NCBI GenBank assembly: GCA_965203515.1
Contig: OZ241907.1
Location: forward strand, 416,001 to 480,000
Direction of reading: 5' to 3'
Source of the DNA: Spirochaetia bacterium
GTDB lineage: Bacteria; Spirochaetota; Spirochaetia; SZUA-6; Bin103
Length of the DNA: 64,000 nt
Under the pieces are notes generated by a model. It was not told the DNA's origin and ran no database searches. It was given only the letters and a program-made list of their open reading frames with translations. A program made the translations under genes and the position numbers. Shown here piece after piece: positions 38,687 to 48,262 of the stretch (position 1 is its first letter; each line of letters begins with the position of its first letter).

Positions 38687-39805
38687 TCATGCCGATGCGG
38701 CAGCCTCGATCGGGACGCGGTAGCGGTCGAGCGCGTCCCGGTCGAGCTCCACCCCCAGGCCCGGCGTGTCCGGCACCACCAGCGCACCGTCCCGGAACGG
38801 GATCGGATCGACGATCAGGTCGTCCTCGCGCAGCAGGCTGCCGATGATGTCGCAGGGCAGCTCGCAGCCGGCCGCCGCCGCGGCGTGCACGCTCGACATG
38901 TCGCGCACGCCCAGATCGACACCGGTGCCGCGCCACGTCGGCAGGCCGGCCTTGCGCGTCAGGGTCGCCCACTCGACGAACTCCTTGAGCGGTCCGAGCA
39001 GATTGTAGCAGTCGGCCGCTTCCGCGCGCACCGCCGGCAGCAGGTCGGTGATCGAGGTCAGGTGGAGCGCGACCGGCTGCGGGATGGCGCCGCGCACCTC
39101 CACGTACCAGTCCAGGCGATCCTGCGGCATGGGGCTCTCGAAGGTGACGCGGTCCAGGCCGTCGAGCGACCGCGACACCTCGCGCGTGCCGTGCGGATGG
39201 TGGAACCGTTCGTTGGGGTCGAGCACGATCGGGAAGTGCGGGGCTACCTCGCGCACCGCCGCCACCCGCTCGGCGATCGGGTCGCCGAGCGCGCACTTCA
39301 TCTTCATGCCCCGGAAGCCCAGATCGAGTCCCGTCCGCGCCCGCGCGGCGGTGTCCTCCGGCGTGCCGCGGCCCATCCAGAAGTCGACCGGGACGCGGTC
39401 GATCTTCTTGCCGCCCAACAGGTGATGGACCGGCACGCCCAGGTGCTTGCCGAGCAGGTCGAGCCACGCCATCTCGTACGCTTCGTAGACGATGTAGGAT
39501 TCGTAGTCGTCGGCGTGCGGCAGCGGCAGGTTGCCGACCGGCAGGTCGAGCAGCCGCTTGCCGACGATCAGGTCGGCCTGCTCGCGCAGCGGCCCGTACA
39601 GGTCGCCCCGCCGCGGTTCGCCCAGTCCGACCAAGCCGTTGTCGGCCTCCATTTCGATGATCCACTTCGGGAACTCCCAGAAGTCGAGCGAACGGCCGCT
39701 CACCGGGTCGGGCGCGCACAGCTTGTCCCGGACCCCTTCCGAGTGCACGACGCCAGGCCGCATCGGCACGATCACCTGATGAATGCGCACGTCGACGATC
39801 TTCAT
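38687..39805 (-). CDS. Enolase superfamily (MLE-like) enzyme
   Basis: Motifs GLGEP, EMAWLDLLGK, KMK, LDPNE, FESP and PGLGVELD. ATGA overlap with the upstream gene. Confidence 0.87.
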   Translation of the reverse strand: MKIVDVRIHQVIVPMRPGVVHSEGVRDKLCAPDPVSGRSLDFWEFPKWIIEMEADNGLVGLGEPRRGDLYGPLREQADLIVGKRLLDLPVGNLPLPHADDYESYIVYEAYEMAWLDLLGKHLGVPVHHLLGGKKIDRVPVDFWMGRGTPEDTAARARTGLDLGFRGMKMKCALGDPIAERVAAVREVAPHFPIVLDPNERFHHPHGTREVSRSLDGLDRVTFESPMPQDRLDWYVEVRGAIPQPVALHLTSITDLLPAVRAEAADCYNLLGPLKEFVEWATLTRKAGLPTWRGTGVDLGVRDMSSVHAAAAAGCELPCDIIGSLLREDDLIVDPIPFRDGALVVPDTPGLGVELDRDALDRYRVPIEAAASA

Positions 39806-41700
39806 GGCGATATTGGATGCTGCCACGTGCCGTCGAAGTGTGGCGAGCCGAGGACCCGGTAGCGCTCGCCGGGCAGATCGAACTCGGCGGCGACGCCGCA
39901 GGCGAACTCGGTGCGTTGCAGCGCGCCGTCCGGTGTCAGCAGCCGGTGGCCGGTCATCTCCGACATGGCGATGGAACGATAGAACGCGCTCCAGGTGCGC
40001 AGCCAGCGGAGCGCGCGTACCGTGCGGCCGCTCCGCCAGTCGGCGACCGGAAACGGGTACCCGTCACGTGGCGACAGGAGCCAGTTGTAGGAGGGCGCCG
40101 CGCCGAACAGCAGCTCGTAGAGGCGGTGGGAGCGGCTCGGAAACCAGTCGTAGCGCGGACCTTGACCAGGGTCGCCGGAGAACCCGCACATGCAGCAGTC
40201 GTGGAAGACGAGCTGGCACAGCGGGATCGGTTCGCCCACCGGCCGGTGTTCGGCATCCTCGCTGTCCGCACGGGCGCTCAGCCGGTGGCCGCTCCAGTCG
40301 GTGAAGAAGAAGTGGTCGCAGTGCGGGATGGCCCAGAACTGGCGCAGCTCGCCGGCCGGGATGATCCCCCGCCTGCGCGTCTCATCGAAACAGGCGTTCT
40401 GGTGCTCGAAGGCCTGCCGGCGCGTCACCGGATGGGCGGGTGAGTAGTTGCGCGGAGGAACGCTCGCCGCGGCATAGCCGTCGAAGTAGAGCACGTCGAG
40501 TCGCAGGCCGCGCGCCTCCAGCCCGTCCAGCGCCGCGGTCGTCAGCTCCAACGCGGCGTGGGTGCCGAGGTGATTCAGACGACTGCCGTCCGGCCCCACC
40601 GCCCAGTGCGACTCGTCATACCCCGGCACGCCGGGGCTCTGCTCGCACGGGCGGATGAACCCCTGCGTGAGGCAGCCAAGCTCGCGTGCGCGGTTTGCGA
40701 AGTCGACCAGCGGCGCCCATCCGTCGTCCCCCGGCTGGTCGACCAGAAAGGCTTGATGGTTCTGGATCGGGGGCCGCCCGCGCGGGCCGCCCCACTTGGG
40801 ATAGAACAGATTGACGCCGATGCCCTGATTGCGCAGCCGGCGGAGGTCGCCAAGGACGCGCTCGCTGTCGGCGCCGTTCCATTCGGTCCAGCGGAACAGG
40901 ACGTTGCCGACGTATTCGCGGATGCCCGGCGATGCGGCCGCCTTCTGCTCCAGCGTGCGCACCAGGCCCTGCTGCCGCGCGGCGGCGCGGTAGCGCTTGG
41001 CCATCGCCACGTAGTCCAGGTCGCGCGCGAAGTGGACCAGCAGCCGCCGGGGGTAGGCGAGGGCGCCCAATTCGTCGGCCCAGGAGAAGTCCAGGATCGA
41101 TCGGTCGCCCGGCAGGTGGTGGGCGCGCACCTCGGCGTCCCACCACGTGTCGACCGTGGCGCAGAGACCTGCGCCGTCGCGGGTCAGACCGAAGATCGGC
41201 AGCGTCCAGCTCCCGCCGATCTGCAGCGGCTCCGGCCCCCGCCCGGGCAGCGCGTCGGGACAATCGGCCGGGACCAGATACCCGGAGCCGTGCGGCAGCA
41301 CCAAGTAGCCGCCCTGCGCGGCCGGCCGCTCGAAGCGGTACAGATGCTCGACGCGCCGCACCGTGTCCTCACCGCCGACCTGTTCGATCCCGATCAGGAG
41401 CTCGTCGTCGCCGGCGTCGATCGCCACGCGCATCTCCAACGCCACGTCCGCGCCGGGGTACCCGGAGAGGGTGATCCGCCGGCCGCGGAAGCGACCATCG
41501 GCGAAGGGACGCGCCGAGCGGTTCTGCGCGCCGGCCAAGTCGAGGACGCGGAGCGCACCGTTTCCCCCTTCGACGCAGACCGCCGGCGGCCGGCTCGGCG
41601 AGCTCTCCCACAGCCGTTCGCCGTCGCGCGCCCACACGGTCAGCCGCAACCGGTCGTCGATCCCGACCGTGACGCTGCGGCCCCTGAGGTTCACCGGCAT
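39802..41700 (-). CDS. Putative glycoside hydrolase (DUF5696/GH101-129-like)
   Basis: Motifs YLVLPHGSG, LPIFG, DYVAMAKRYR, LYFDG, IPLCQLVFHDC and EMTGHRLL...QRTEF. Confidence 0.55.
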   Translation of the reverse strand: MPVNLRGRSVTVGIDDRLRLTVWARDGERLWESSPSRPPAVCVEGGNGALRVLDLAGAQNRSARPFADGRFRGRRITLSGYPGADVALEMRVAIDAGDDELLIGIEQVGGEDTVRRVEHLYRFERPAAQGGYLVLPHGSGYLVPADCPDALPGRGPEPLQIGGSWTLPIFGLTRDGAGLCATVDTWWDAEVRAHHLPGDRSILDFSWADELGALAYPRRLLVHFARDLDYVAMAKRYRAAARQQGLVRTLEQKAAASPGIREYVGNVLFRWTEWNGADSERVLGDLRRLRNQGIGVNLFYPKWGGPRGRPPIQNHQAFLVDQPGDDGWAPLVDFANRARELGCLTQGFIRPCEQSPGVPGYDESHWAVGPDGSRLNHLGTHAALELTTAALDGLEARGLRLDVLYFDGYAAASVPPRNYSPAHPVTRRQAFEHQNACFDETRRRGIIPAGELRQFWAIPHCDHFFFTDWSGHRLSARADSEDAEHRPVGEPIPLCQLVFHDCCMCGFSGDPGQGPRYDWFPSRSHRLYELLFGAAPSYNWLLSPRDGYPFPVADWRSGRTVRALRWLRTWSAFYRSIAMSEMTGHRLLTPDGALQRTEFACGVAAEFDLPGERYRVLGSPHFDGTWQHPISP

Positions 41701-41710
41701 CGGGGCGGCT

Positions 41711-42703
41711 TCATCCGGCGGTCTCCAGCGCATCCAGCAGACCGCGCAGGTACCCGATCGCGAACAGGCGGCCCTTCATCATGTAGCCGGGGTGGTCGTT
41801 GGGCTCGCCGGCCATGGTCGGCACGTGATCGGGACGGAGCGGGCCGTCGAAGCCGACCTCCCGGTAGGCGCGCAGGGCCGCGACCATGTCGGTCGGGCCG
41901 TCGTCCTGGAAGGTCTCCACGAAGCGCGATGCGGTGCCCCGCACGTCCCGGAAGTGCACGAAGAATATCTTTCGCTCCGCACCGAAGCGGCGGATCGCCG
42001 CCGGCAGGTCGGCTCCCATGGCGGTGAAGTTGCCCTGGCAGAAGGTGACGCCGTTGCATCGGCTCGGCACCAGCCGGATGGCGCGCTCCATGTTCTCGAC
42101 GCTGCGCATGATCCGCCCCACGCCGCGGATCGGAGACAACGGCGGGTCGTCGGGATGCAGCGCCAGCTTCACGCCGTTCGCCTCCGCCACCGGCACGACC
42201 CGCGAACTGAAGTAGGCGAAGTTCTCCCAGAGCTGCTCCTCGCCGATCAGCAGCCCGTCCGCGCCGGGCGCCATGCCGCCTTCGGTAACCGGCCCGCGCG
42301 CTTCCATCACCGCATGGTCGTAGGCTGAGGAGAGCGCCCCGCCGCGCACCGGCACCGCGGTGTCGGTGCGCAGCCAGCCGAACACCGCCATGAAGTTGTA
42401 GCAGACCGCCTCCACGCCGGCGGCGCCGAGATGCTCGAGCATCCGGCAGAAGCGATCGATCTCTCGGTCCCGCCCCGGCAGTCCCAGCTTCGCGTTCTCC
42501 ATCGGCGTGGGTCCCTCGATCACCGACAGACGCAATCCGGCGCCGGCGGCCCGGTCGCACAGCCGGGTCAGCGCCTCACGATCCGACGCCGGCGACCCGT
42601 CGGCGCCCAACGGCGCTCCGCACACCAAGTCGGTGACCCCGATCTGGCGGGCCAGTGTCCAGCGTTCGTCCGGTTCGTCCGGCAGGTGCAGCGCCAATCT
42701 CAT
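41711..42703 (-). CDS. uxuA: Mannonate dehydratase (UxuA family)
   Basis: Motifs CYNFM, LALHPDDPP, TFCQG, FVHFRDV and RPDHVP. Confidence 0.85.
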   Translation of the reverse strand: MRLALHLPDEPDERWTLARQIGVTDLVCGAPLGADGSPASDREALTRLCDRAAGAGLRLSVIEGPTPMENAKLGLPGRDREIDRFCRMLEHLGAAGVEAVCYNFMAVFGWLRTDTAVPVRGGALSSAYDHAVMEARGPVTEGGMAPGADGLLIGEEQLWENFAYFSSRVVPVAEANGVKLALHPDDPPLSPIRGVGRIMRSVENMERAIRLVPSRCNGVTFCQGNFTAMGADLPAAIRRFGAERKIFFVHFRDVRGTASRFVETFQDDGPTDMVAALRAYREVGFDGPLRPDHVPTMAGEPNDHPGYMMKGRLFAIGYLRGLLDALETAG

Positions 42704-42730
42704 CTTGCTATCCCTTGATGGAGACGATCA

Positions 42731-43495
42731 TCAGATGTCCTGCGCCCGACGCGCCTTCCATGCCTCGTACTCGGCGCGCGCCGCTTCGTCGAGCGGGTAG
42801 TAGCGGCGCAGGTCGCCGCCTTCGCCGAGCCGCTCGCGGCTGAAGTCCTCCCACTCGGCGTGTTCGGCGGCGCGCTCGGCAAGCTGCTCGGCCATCCCGA
42901 TCGGAACCACTACCGCGCCGTCGTCGTCCGCGACGATCAGGTCGCCCGGCATCACCAGGGCATTGCCGCAGGCGACCGGCACGTTCACGGCGAACGGGAC
43001 GATGTTGGTCTGCGTGTGGAAGTTGGGCGTCGTGCCGCGCAGCCACAGGCCCAGGCCGAGCGTGCGGGCGATGGGGAAATCGCGGATGCAGCCGTCGATC
43101 ACCGCGCCGATGCCGCCCCGCCCCTTGAAGTAGGTGAGCATCATCTCCCCGAACACGCCGCTCCGCAGGTCGCCGCGGGCGTCCACCACGATCACGTCGC
43201 CCGGTTGCGCGTGATACAGGCAGTGGCGGTGAAGCTGCTGCTCGGGGTCGTCATAGGCGCCGCGGGCGTACTGGTCCTCGCGTTTGGGCATGAACTGCAG
43301 CGTCAGCGCAGGGCCCGCGATGCGGGCGCCCGGCGTGCGCGGCGCCGGTCCCAGGAGGTAGGGATCACGTATCCCCAGCTCATGCAGGTCGCCGGCGGCG
43401 GTGGCGCTCGACACGCCGGCAAAGCGCTCGATGAGCGCCCGCGGCGGACGTTCGATGTCGGGCGTACGGCCGGGGACGCGCGGGTCGGGCAGCAT
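42731..43495 (-). CDS. RraA-like / HMG aldolase family protein
   Basis: Motifs GPALTLQFMP, GDVIVVDARG, GVFGEMM, DGCIRD and PGDLIVADDDG. Confidence 0.87.
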   Translation of the reverse strand: MLPDPRVPGRTPDIERPPRALIERFAGVSSATAAGDLHELGIRDPYLLGPAPRTPGARIAGPALTLQFMPKREDQYARGAYDDPEQQLHRHCLYHAQPGDVIVVDARGDLRSGVFGEMMLTYFKGRGGIGAVIDGCIRDFPIARTLGLGLWLRGTTPNFHTQTNIVPFAVNVPVACGNALVMPGDLIVADDDGAVVVPIGMAEQLAERAAEHAEWEDFSRERLGEGGDLRRYYPLDEAARAEYEAWKARRAQDI

Positions 43496-43502
43496 CGAGC
43501 TT

Positions 43503-44360
43503 TCAGCGATAGCCGGGTTCGAGGGGGCCGGCGGTCTCCTCGAACAGCGATGGGAAGTGGCGGTGTGGGTCGGCGGGCTCCCGGAACAGGATCCGCTGTT
43601 GCTCGGTCAGCGCGGCGGACTCCGGCGGCGCCACGCGTTCGGCCGTCCAGGCGACGTGCGACACGCAGTATTTGTACAGCAGCGAGCGGCGTTCGTGGGA
43701 GCCCCGCCACGCGGCCGTGCCGTGCGTCAGCGCTTCGCTGAACAGGATCGCCGAGCCGGCCGGCGCCTCGGGCACGACCACGAACGGCGAGCGCTCCGGG
43801 CGCTCGGCGATCTGTCGCGGCAACCGGTAGTGGCTCTTGTGACTGCCGGGGATGCAGCAGAACCCTCCGTACTCGGGTCCGGTGTCGGCCAGGTTGAAGG
43901 CGACGACCACGAAGCCCTCCAGTATCCGGTTGTCGCGAAACGGGAACCAGGCGCCCGGCGCGGCTCCGCCGACGGGAGCGGACGCGCCGTAGTCGGAATG
44001 CAGCACGCCGGACGGCATCCCCTGCCGCATGCGGATGCCGTAGATGCGGTCCAGGCGAAAGCAGTCGCCGAGCCGGAAGCGCAGGATCGGCATGATGCGG
44101 GGATGGGTGAGCAGGGCGCAGAACGGCTCGCCCCAGTCCAGAAACCCGGAGCCGGGAGGCGCTGCCCCGAACCGGATGAACCTCCCGCCCAGGTCCTCTT
44201 CCTCCTCCGGCCTGCGCCGGTCGAGCGCCCGGTCGAGCGCCGTCACCTCTTCCGTGCTCAGCACGTCGTGGATGACCAGGTAGCCGTTGAGGTCGAACAG
44301 ATACTCCAGGAGCTGCCGCTCTTCCATCGACGGCGGCCGGCCGCGGGCGGGATGCGTCAT
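43503..44360 (-). CDS. Phytanoyl-CoA dioxygenase (PhyH) family Fe(II)/2OG enzyme
   Basis: Motifs YLFDLNGYL, LHSD, IPGSHK and FSEALTHG. ATGA overlap with the permease. Confidence 0.85.
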   Translation of the reverse strand: MTHPARGRPPSMEERQLLEYLFDLNGYLVIHDVLSTEEVTALDRALDRRRPEEEEDLGGRFIRFGAAPPGSGFLDWGEPFCALLTHPRIMPILRFRLGDCFRLDRIYGIRMRQGMPSGVLHSDYGASAPVGGAAPGAWFPFRDNRILEGFVVVAFNLADTGPEYGGFCCIPGSHKSHYRLPRQIAERPERSPFVVVPEAPAGSAILFSEALTHGTAAWRGSHERRSLLYKYCVSHVAWTAERVAPPESAALTEQQRILFREPADPHRHFPSLFEETAGPLEPGYR

Positions 44361-45478
44361 GATCGAGGCCGCGGCTGCCGCCCGGCCGCGGACGGGTCGG
44401 AAGGCCGGCGGTCCGCCGGCCGAAAGCGCGCTGAGCGTACCAGACGGAAGCGCATCAAGCGTAAGCGTACCAGGAACGCGGCGCGCCTTTGCGGTTCCTC
44501 CATGATCAGATACAGGATGATCGCGACCAGGAACACCAGTCCCTGGATCGTGCGCACCCAGGCGCCGGTGAGACCCGACGCCACCAGACCGGCCTCGATC
44601 ATGCCTATGATCAGGCATCCGAACACCGTGCCGATGATCGTTGCCCGGCCGCCGAAGATCGACGTGCCGCCGATCAGTACCGATGCTATCGCCGTGAGCA
44701 GGTACCCCTGACCCTGATTGCCGAAGTAGTTCTTGTTTTCCAAGGTCAGCATGATGGCGGCGGTGCCGGCGAGCAGGCCCATCAACGTGAAGAGCTTGAT
44801 CTTCTCGCGGTCGACGTGGATGCCGACCACTCTGGATACGTCGTTCGAATCCCCGATGAACAGCGTGTGCTCGCCGAAGCGGTGCCGGTTCAGGAGGAAC
44901 CAGAGCGCAACCACGATCACGGCCGTCCAGAGCGCCTGCATCGGCAGTTGCCAGAGCCAGGGCGGACCGTCGACCCCGTCGAGCGGCCGGCCGACGATCG
45001 CCTGCCACACCGTGCTCTCGTCCGCTCCCCGCAACGCATAGGACTTGCCGCCGGAAAGTACCGTCGCCATGCCGAACCACAGGAACTGCGTGCCCAGCGT
45101 CGCGATGAAGGAGGGTAAGCCGATCTTCGCGATGAGCACTCCGTTGATCAGACCGACCAGGACGCCGGCCGCGAGTCCGGCCGCCACGGCGATCCATCCG
45201 AGCCGGTATTCCTTGAACAGCACCGCGAAGACGAAGCCGGAAAAGCCGATGACCGCCGGGAAGGAGAGGTCGATCTCTCCCGCGCCGATGATGAAGGTAA
45301 GGCCGACGGCCAGCAGTATCAGCGGAGGCAACGTCGAGAGAAAGGTAGTATAGATGAAGGGAGCGAAGAACACGTGCGGAGCGGTGTACATGAACAGGCC
45401 CAGGAGCAACAGGAAGACCGCGATGATCGACAGGCCTTCGATGCGCCGTAGTACCGAGATTCCTGCCCGCGCGGCCAT
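44357..45478 (-). CDS. Ribose-type sugar ABC permease
   Basis: Motifs GEIDLS, PSFIATLG and IASVLIGGTSIFGG. Confidence 0.9.
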   Translation of the reverse strand: MAARAGISVLRRIEGLSIIAVFLLLLGLFMYTAPHVFFAPFIYTTFLSTLPPLILLAVGLTFIIGAGEIDLSFPAVIGFSGFVFAVLFKEYRLGWIAVAAGLAAGVLVGLINGVLIAKIGLPSFIATLGTQFLWFGMATVLSGGKSYALRGADESTVWQAIVGRPLDGVDGPPWLWQLPMQALWTAVIVVALWFLLNRHRFGEHTLFIGDSNDVSRVVGIHVDREKIKLFTLMGLLAGTAAIMLTLENKNYFGNQGQGYLLTAIASVLIGGTSIFGGRATIIGTVFGCLIIGMIEAGLVASGLTGAWVRTIQGLVFLVAIILYLIMEEPQRRAAFLVRLRLMRFRLVRSARFRPADRRPSDPSAAGRQPRPRS

Positions 45479-45490
45479 CCTGCCCTCGTT

Positions 45491-46294
45491 TCAGTCGTGC
45501 TGCTGTATGGCGATGAGATAATCGGTGAGTTCCGTCACGGACATGTCTTGCGGGAGGATTTCCGCGACGACGGCGCCGCGATCGAGAATTATCAAACGGT
45601 CAGCCACCTCATGGACGTTGGCCAGGTTGTGCTCGATGTAGACGCAGGCTCGTCCCGCTCTCTTTATTTCGGCCACGAAGTCCAGGACCTTGCGGACCTC
45701 CTTGACGGCCAGCGCCGCCGTCGGTTCGTCGAGCACGATGAGATCGGCGTCGTAGTGCATCGCGCGGCCGATCGCGATTCCCTGGCGCTCGCCGCCGGAA
45801 AGCTCGGCGACGGTCGAGTCCACGGTGATGCCGGCGCCGCGAAAGCCGATCGACTTCAGGAGGATCTCCTCCGCGATCGCCTTCTGACGCTTGATGTCGA
45901 TGAAGCCGAAGCGGTTGGTGATCTGTCGGCCGACGAAGAAATTCCGCCATAGCGGCTGCTTGTCCGCCAGCGACCGGTCCTGGTATACGGTTTCGATCGA
46001 CAGGTCGTGAGCCATCCTTACGGAATAGTCGCCCAGGTCGATCTCCCGGTCGCGAACGAAGAGGCGGCCGGCGCTCGGCGGCATCACGCCGGTCATGACC
46101 TTGATCAGAGTCGACTTGCCGGCGCCGTTGTCACCGATCAACCCGACGATCTCATTGCGGCCGACGCGCAGGCTCACGTCGCGGAGCGCGTGGATCGCGC
46201 CGAAGTACTTCTGCACGCTCTCCATGCGGACGATATCGGTATAGCCGTCCGCCTGCCGGGGACCGGCCGCTGGCCGCGCGAGCTTGTCCGTCAC
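45491..46294 (-). CDS. Sugar ABC ATP-binding protein (single domain)
   Basis: Motifs GDNGAGKS, LSGGERQ and LDEPT. Confidence 0.92.
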   Translation of the reverse strand: MTDKLARPAAGPRQADGYTDIVRMESVQKYFGAIHALRDVSLRVGRNEIVGLIGDNGAGKSTLIKVMTGVMPPSAGRLFVRDREIDLGDYSVRMAHDLSIETVYQDRSLADKQPLWRNFFVGRQITNRFGFIDIKRQKAIAEEILLKSIGFRGAGITVDSTVAELSGGERQGIAIGRAMHYDADLIVLDEPTAALAVKEVRKVLDFVAEIKRAGRACVYIEHNLANVHEVADRLIILDRGAVVAEILPQDMSVTELTDYLIAIQQHD

Positions 46295-46352
46295 GGCGCG
46301 CCGGTCCGTCGCGGATCGCGGTTCATGGCATCCCGCTTGCGCTGCATTGAGG

Positions 46353-46395
46353 CCGTTACCGGCGCCGCCGGTTCGTGCGCCGACGCCGGTAACGG
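46353..46395 (-). terminator. Intercistronic stem-loop after the substrate-binding gene
   Basis: Perfect 12-bp inverted repeat ccgttaccggcg / cgccggtaacgg. Confidence 0.55.
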
Positions 46396-46420
46396 ACGTA
46401 TGCCGTTGGAGGATGCGCGG

Positions 46421-47410
46421 TCAGCGAATGCCGGCGTCGATCAGATCGACCAGGTCATCGATCGTATCCGGCGTGACCGTGCCGGCGCCGGTGTTGAGGG
46501 ACAGGCCCGGCATCTTGTACTTCGCCGTCAGGACGCACTGCACGACCGGCATGAACCCCTGCAGATAGAGCAGTTGATCGAGGGTTGCGGACACGTAGCC
46601 GGACTTGAGGCCGTCGATGGTCGCCGGCGCCAGATCGATCCCGCCGACGATGATTTCGCCGGGCCGCTTGCCCGCCTTCCGCAGCGTCTCGGCGAGGATG
46701 CCGGTGATGCCGCCGTGCTGGGTGCCGATCGCCTTGAGGTCCGGGTTCGCCGCGATGTACGCGGCCAGCACCGGCACGGCGAGCGAAGCGTCGCTGTTGG
46801 CTTCCTGAGTGATTTCGAGCCGGTCGACGACGAGGCCGGCCGCCTCCAGCGTATCGGCCAAGCCCTTCTCCGAGAGGCCGCGCTCGGCTTGGCTGAAGAC
46901 GCCGTAGACCATCGCCTGGTCGCCTGCCCGGAGGCCCTGAGCCAGCATGTGTTGGGCGGTGAGCTTGCCTCCTTCGTACAGATCGACGCCGGCGTATCCC
47001 ATTCCGCTCGAACCGAACTCAGCCTGCAGATCGGTCATCGGCGAGTTGCCTACGGTCACCACGATGCCCTGCTGGACCGCCTGCGCCACGATGTCGTAGA
47101 ACGCCGTGCTGCCGGGATGGCCCATGATGGCGACGCAGTCAGGCCGGGCCGCGACCGCCTCCTTGAAGTGGTTGATCATGGTCTCCGGCGCCCATGCCGA
47201 AAACTGTTCCCTCAGGTCCACGCCTAGTGCGCTCGCCGCCTCGGCCGCCCCGGTCTGGCGGGCGAGGGTGGCGCCGTCTCCGGGATTGCCCCCCATCTGC
47301 ATGTACATCACCAAGCCTGCGCCGGGAGCGTCCTGGGCCGCGGTCCCGACGGCCAAGCCGATCAGGACGGCGCATGCAACGAGTGCGGTCTTTCGAATCG
47401 ATAGCAGCAT
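46421..47410 (-). CDS. Sugar ABC substrate-binding protein (periplasmic binding protein type I)
   Basis: Signal peptide, then GGIDL and ATLDQLLYLQG. GGAGGAG RBS upstream. Confidence 0.85.
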   Translation of the reverse strand: MLLSIRKTALVACAVLIGLAVGTAAQDAPGAGLVMYMQMGGNPGDGATLARQTGAAEAASALGVDLREQFSAWAPETMINHFKEAVAARPDCVAIMGHPGSTAFYDIVAQAVQQGIVVTVGNSPMTDLQAEFGSSGMGYAGVDLYEGGKLTAQHMLAQGLRAGDQAMVYGVFSQAERGLSEKGLADTLEAAGLVVDRLEITQEANSDASLAVPVLAAYIAANPDLKAIGTQHGGITGILAETLRKAGKRPGEIIVGGIDLAPATIDGLKSGYVSATLDQLLYLQGFMPVVQCVLTAKYKMPGLSLNTGAGTVTPDTIDDLVDLIDAGIR

Positions 47411-47467
47411 CGTTTCTCTCCTCCCGCTCAGTGTATCGCGGGTGATGACGAATCGTCGAGGTCGAGA

Positions 47468-48262
47468 TCAGGTGCCCGGCACCGGGATCGTGCTCATCAT
47501 GCCGCCGTCGACGTCGAGCGCCGATCCGGTCAGGAACGCCGCCTGGTCGCTGAGGAAGAACAGGATGGCGGCGACCACGTCGCTCTCGGCGGCGTTGCGG
47601 CCGAGCGGGATGGCGGCCGCGGTGGCGGCGCGGATCTCCTCCGGCGCGGCGCCGGTCGTCTCCATCTTCCAGCGCAGCACCTGACGCCCCATGCCGGTGG
47701 TCGGCACGCCCACCGGGCAGACGCAGTTCACGGTGACCCGCGCGGGCGCCAGCTCGCCGGCCAGCGCTCGGGTCAGCCCGATCACGCCGTGCTTGGCGGC
47801 GCAGTAGTGAGGGATCATCGGGAAGCCGACCCGCGACGCGTCGGAGCCGATGTTGACGATCCGACCCCGGCCGCTCTCGGCCAGGTGCGGGGCGGCCGCC
47901 TGCGAGCACAGGAACGTCCCCTTCAGGTCGACGTCGATCGTCCGGTCCCAGTCCTCCTCGCCGATCTCCGCCAGCGTCGCCAGGTGGACGCCCGCGCAGT
48001 TGACCAGACAGTCCAGGCCGCCGTGGGCGGCCGCGCTCGCCTGCACGGCCTGCCGAACCGAGGCCGGTCGCGTGACGTCGAGCTCCACGGCGTGCAGCCC
48101 CGCGTCCGGGAGCGTGCGGCGCGCCGCGTCGAGCTGTCGGCGGTCGATGTCGGCGATCGTCACCCGGTCGCCGCGCTGCTGCAGCGCCGCCGCGGTCGCC
48201 AGCCCGAAGCCGTTGGCGCCGCCGGTGATCAGCGCCCGGCGCGGCGTCCGGCCGGCGGTCAC
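47468..48262 (-). CDS. SDR-family oxidoreductase
   Basis: Motifs ITGGANGFG, VNCAG, YCAAKHG and VDGG. Confidence 0.9.
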   Translation of the reverse strand: MTAGRTPRRALITGGANGFGLATAAALQQRGDRVTIADIDRRQLDAARRTLPDAGLHAVELDVTRPASVRQAVQASAAAHGGLDCLVNCAGVHLATLAEIGEEDWDRTIDVDLKGTFLCSQAAAPHLAESGRGRIVNIGSDASRVGFPMIPHYCAAKHGVIGLTRALAGELAPARVTVNCVCPVGVPTTGMGRQVLRWKMETTGAAPEEIRAATAAAIPLGRNAAESDVVAAILFFLSDQAAFLTGSALDVDGGMMSTIPVPGT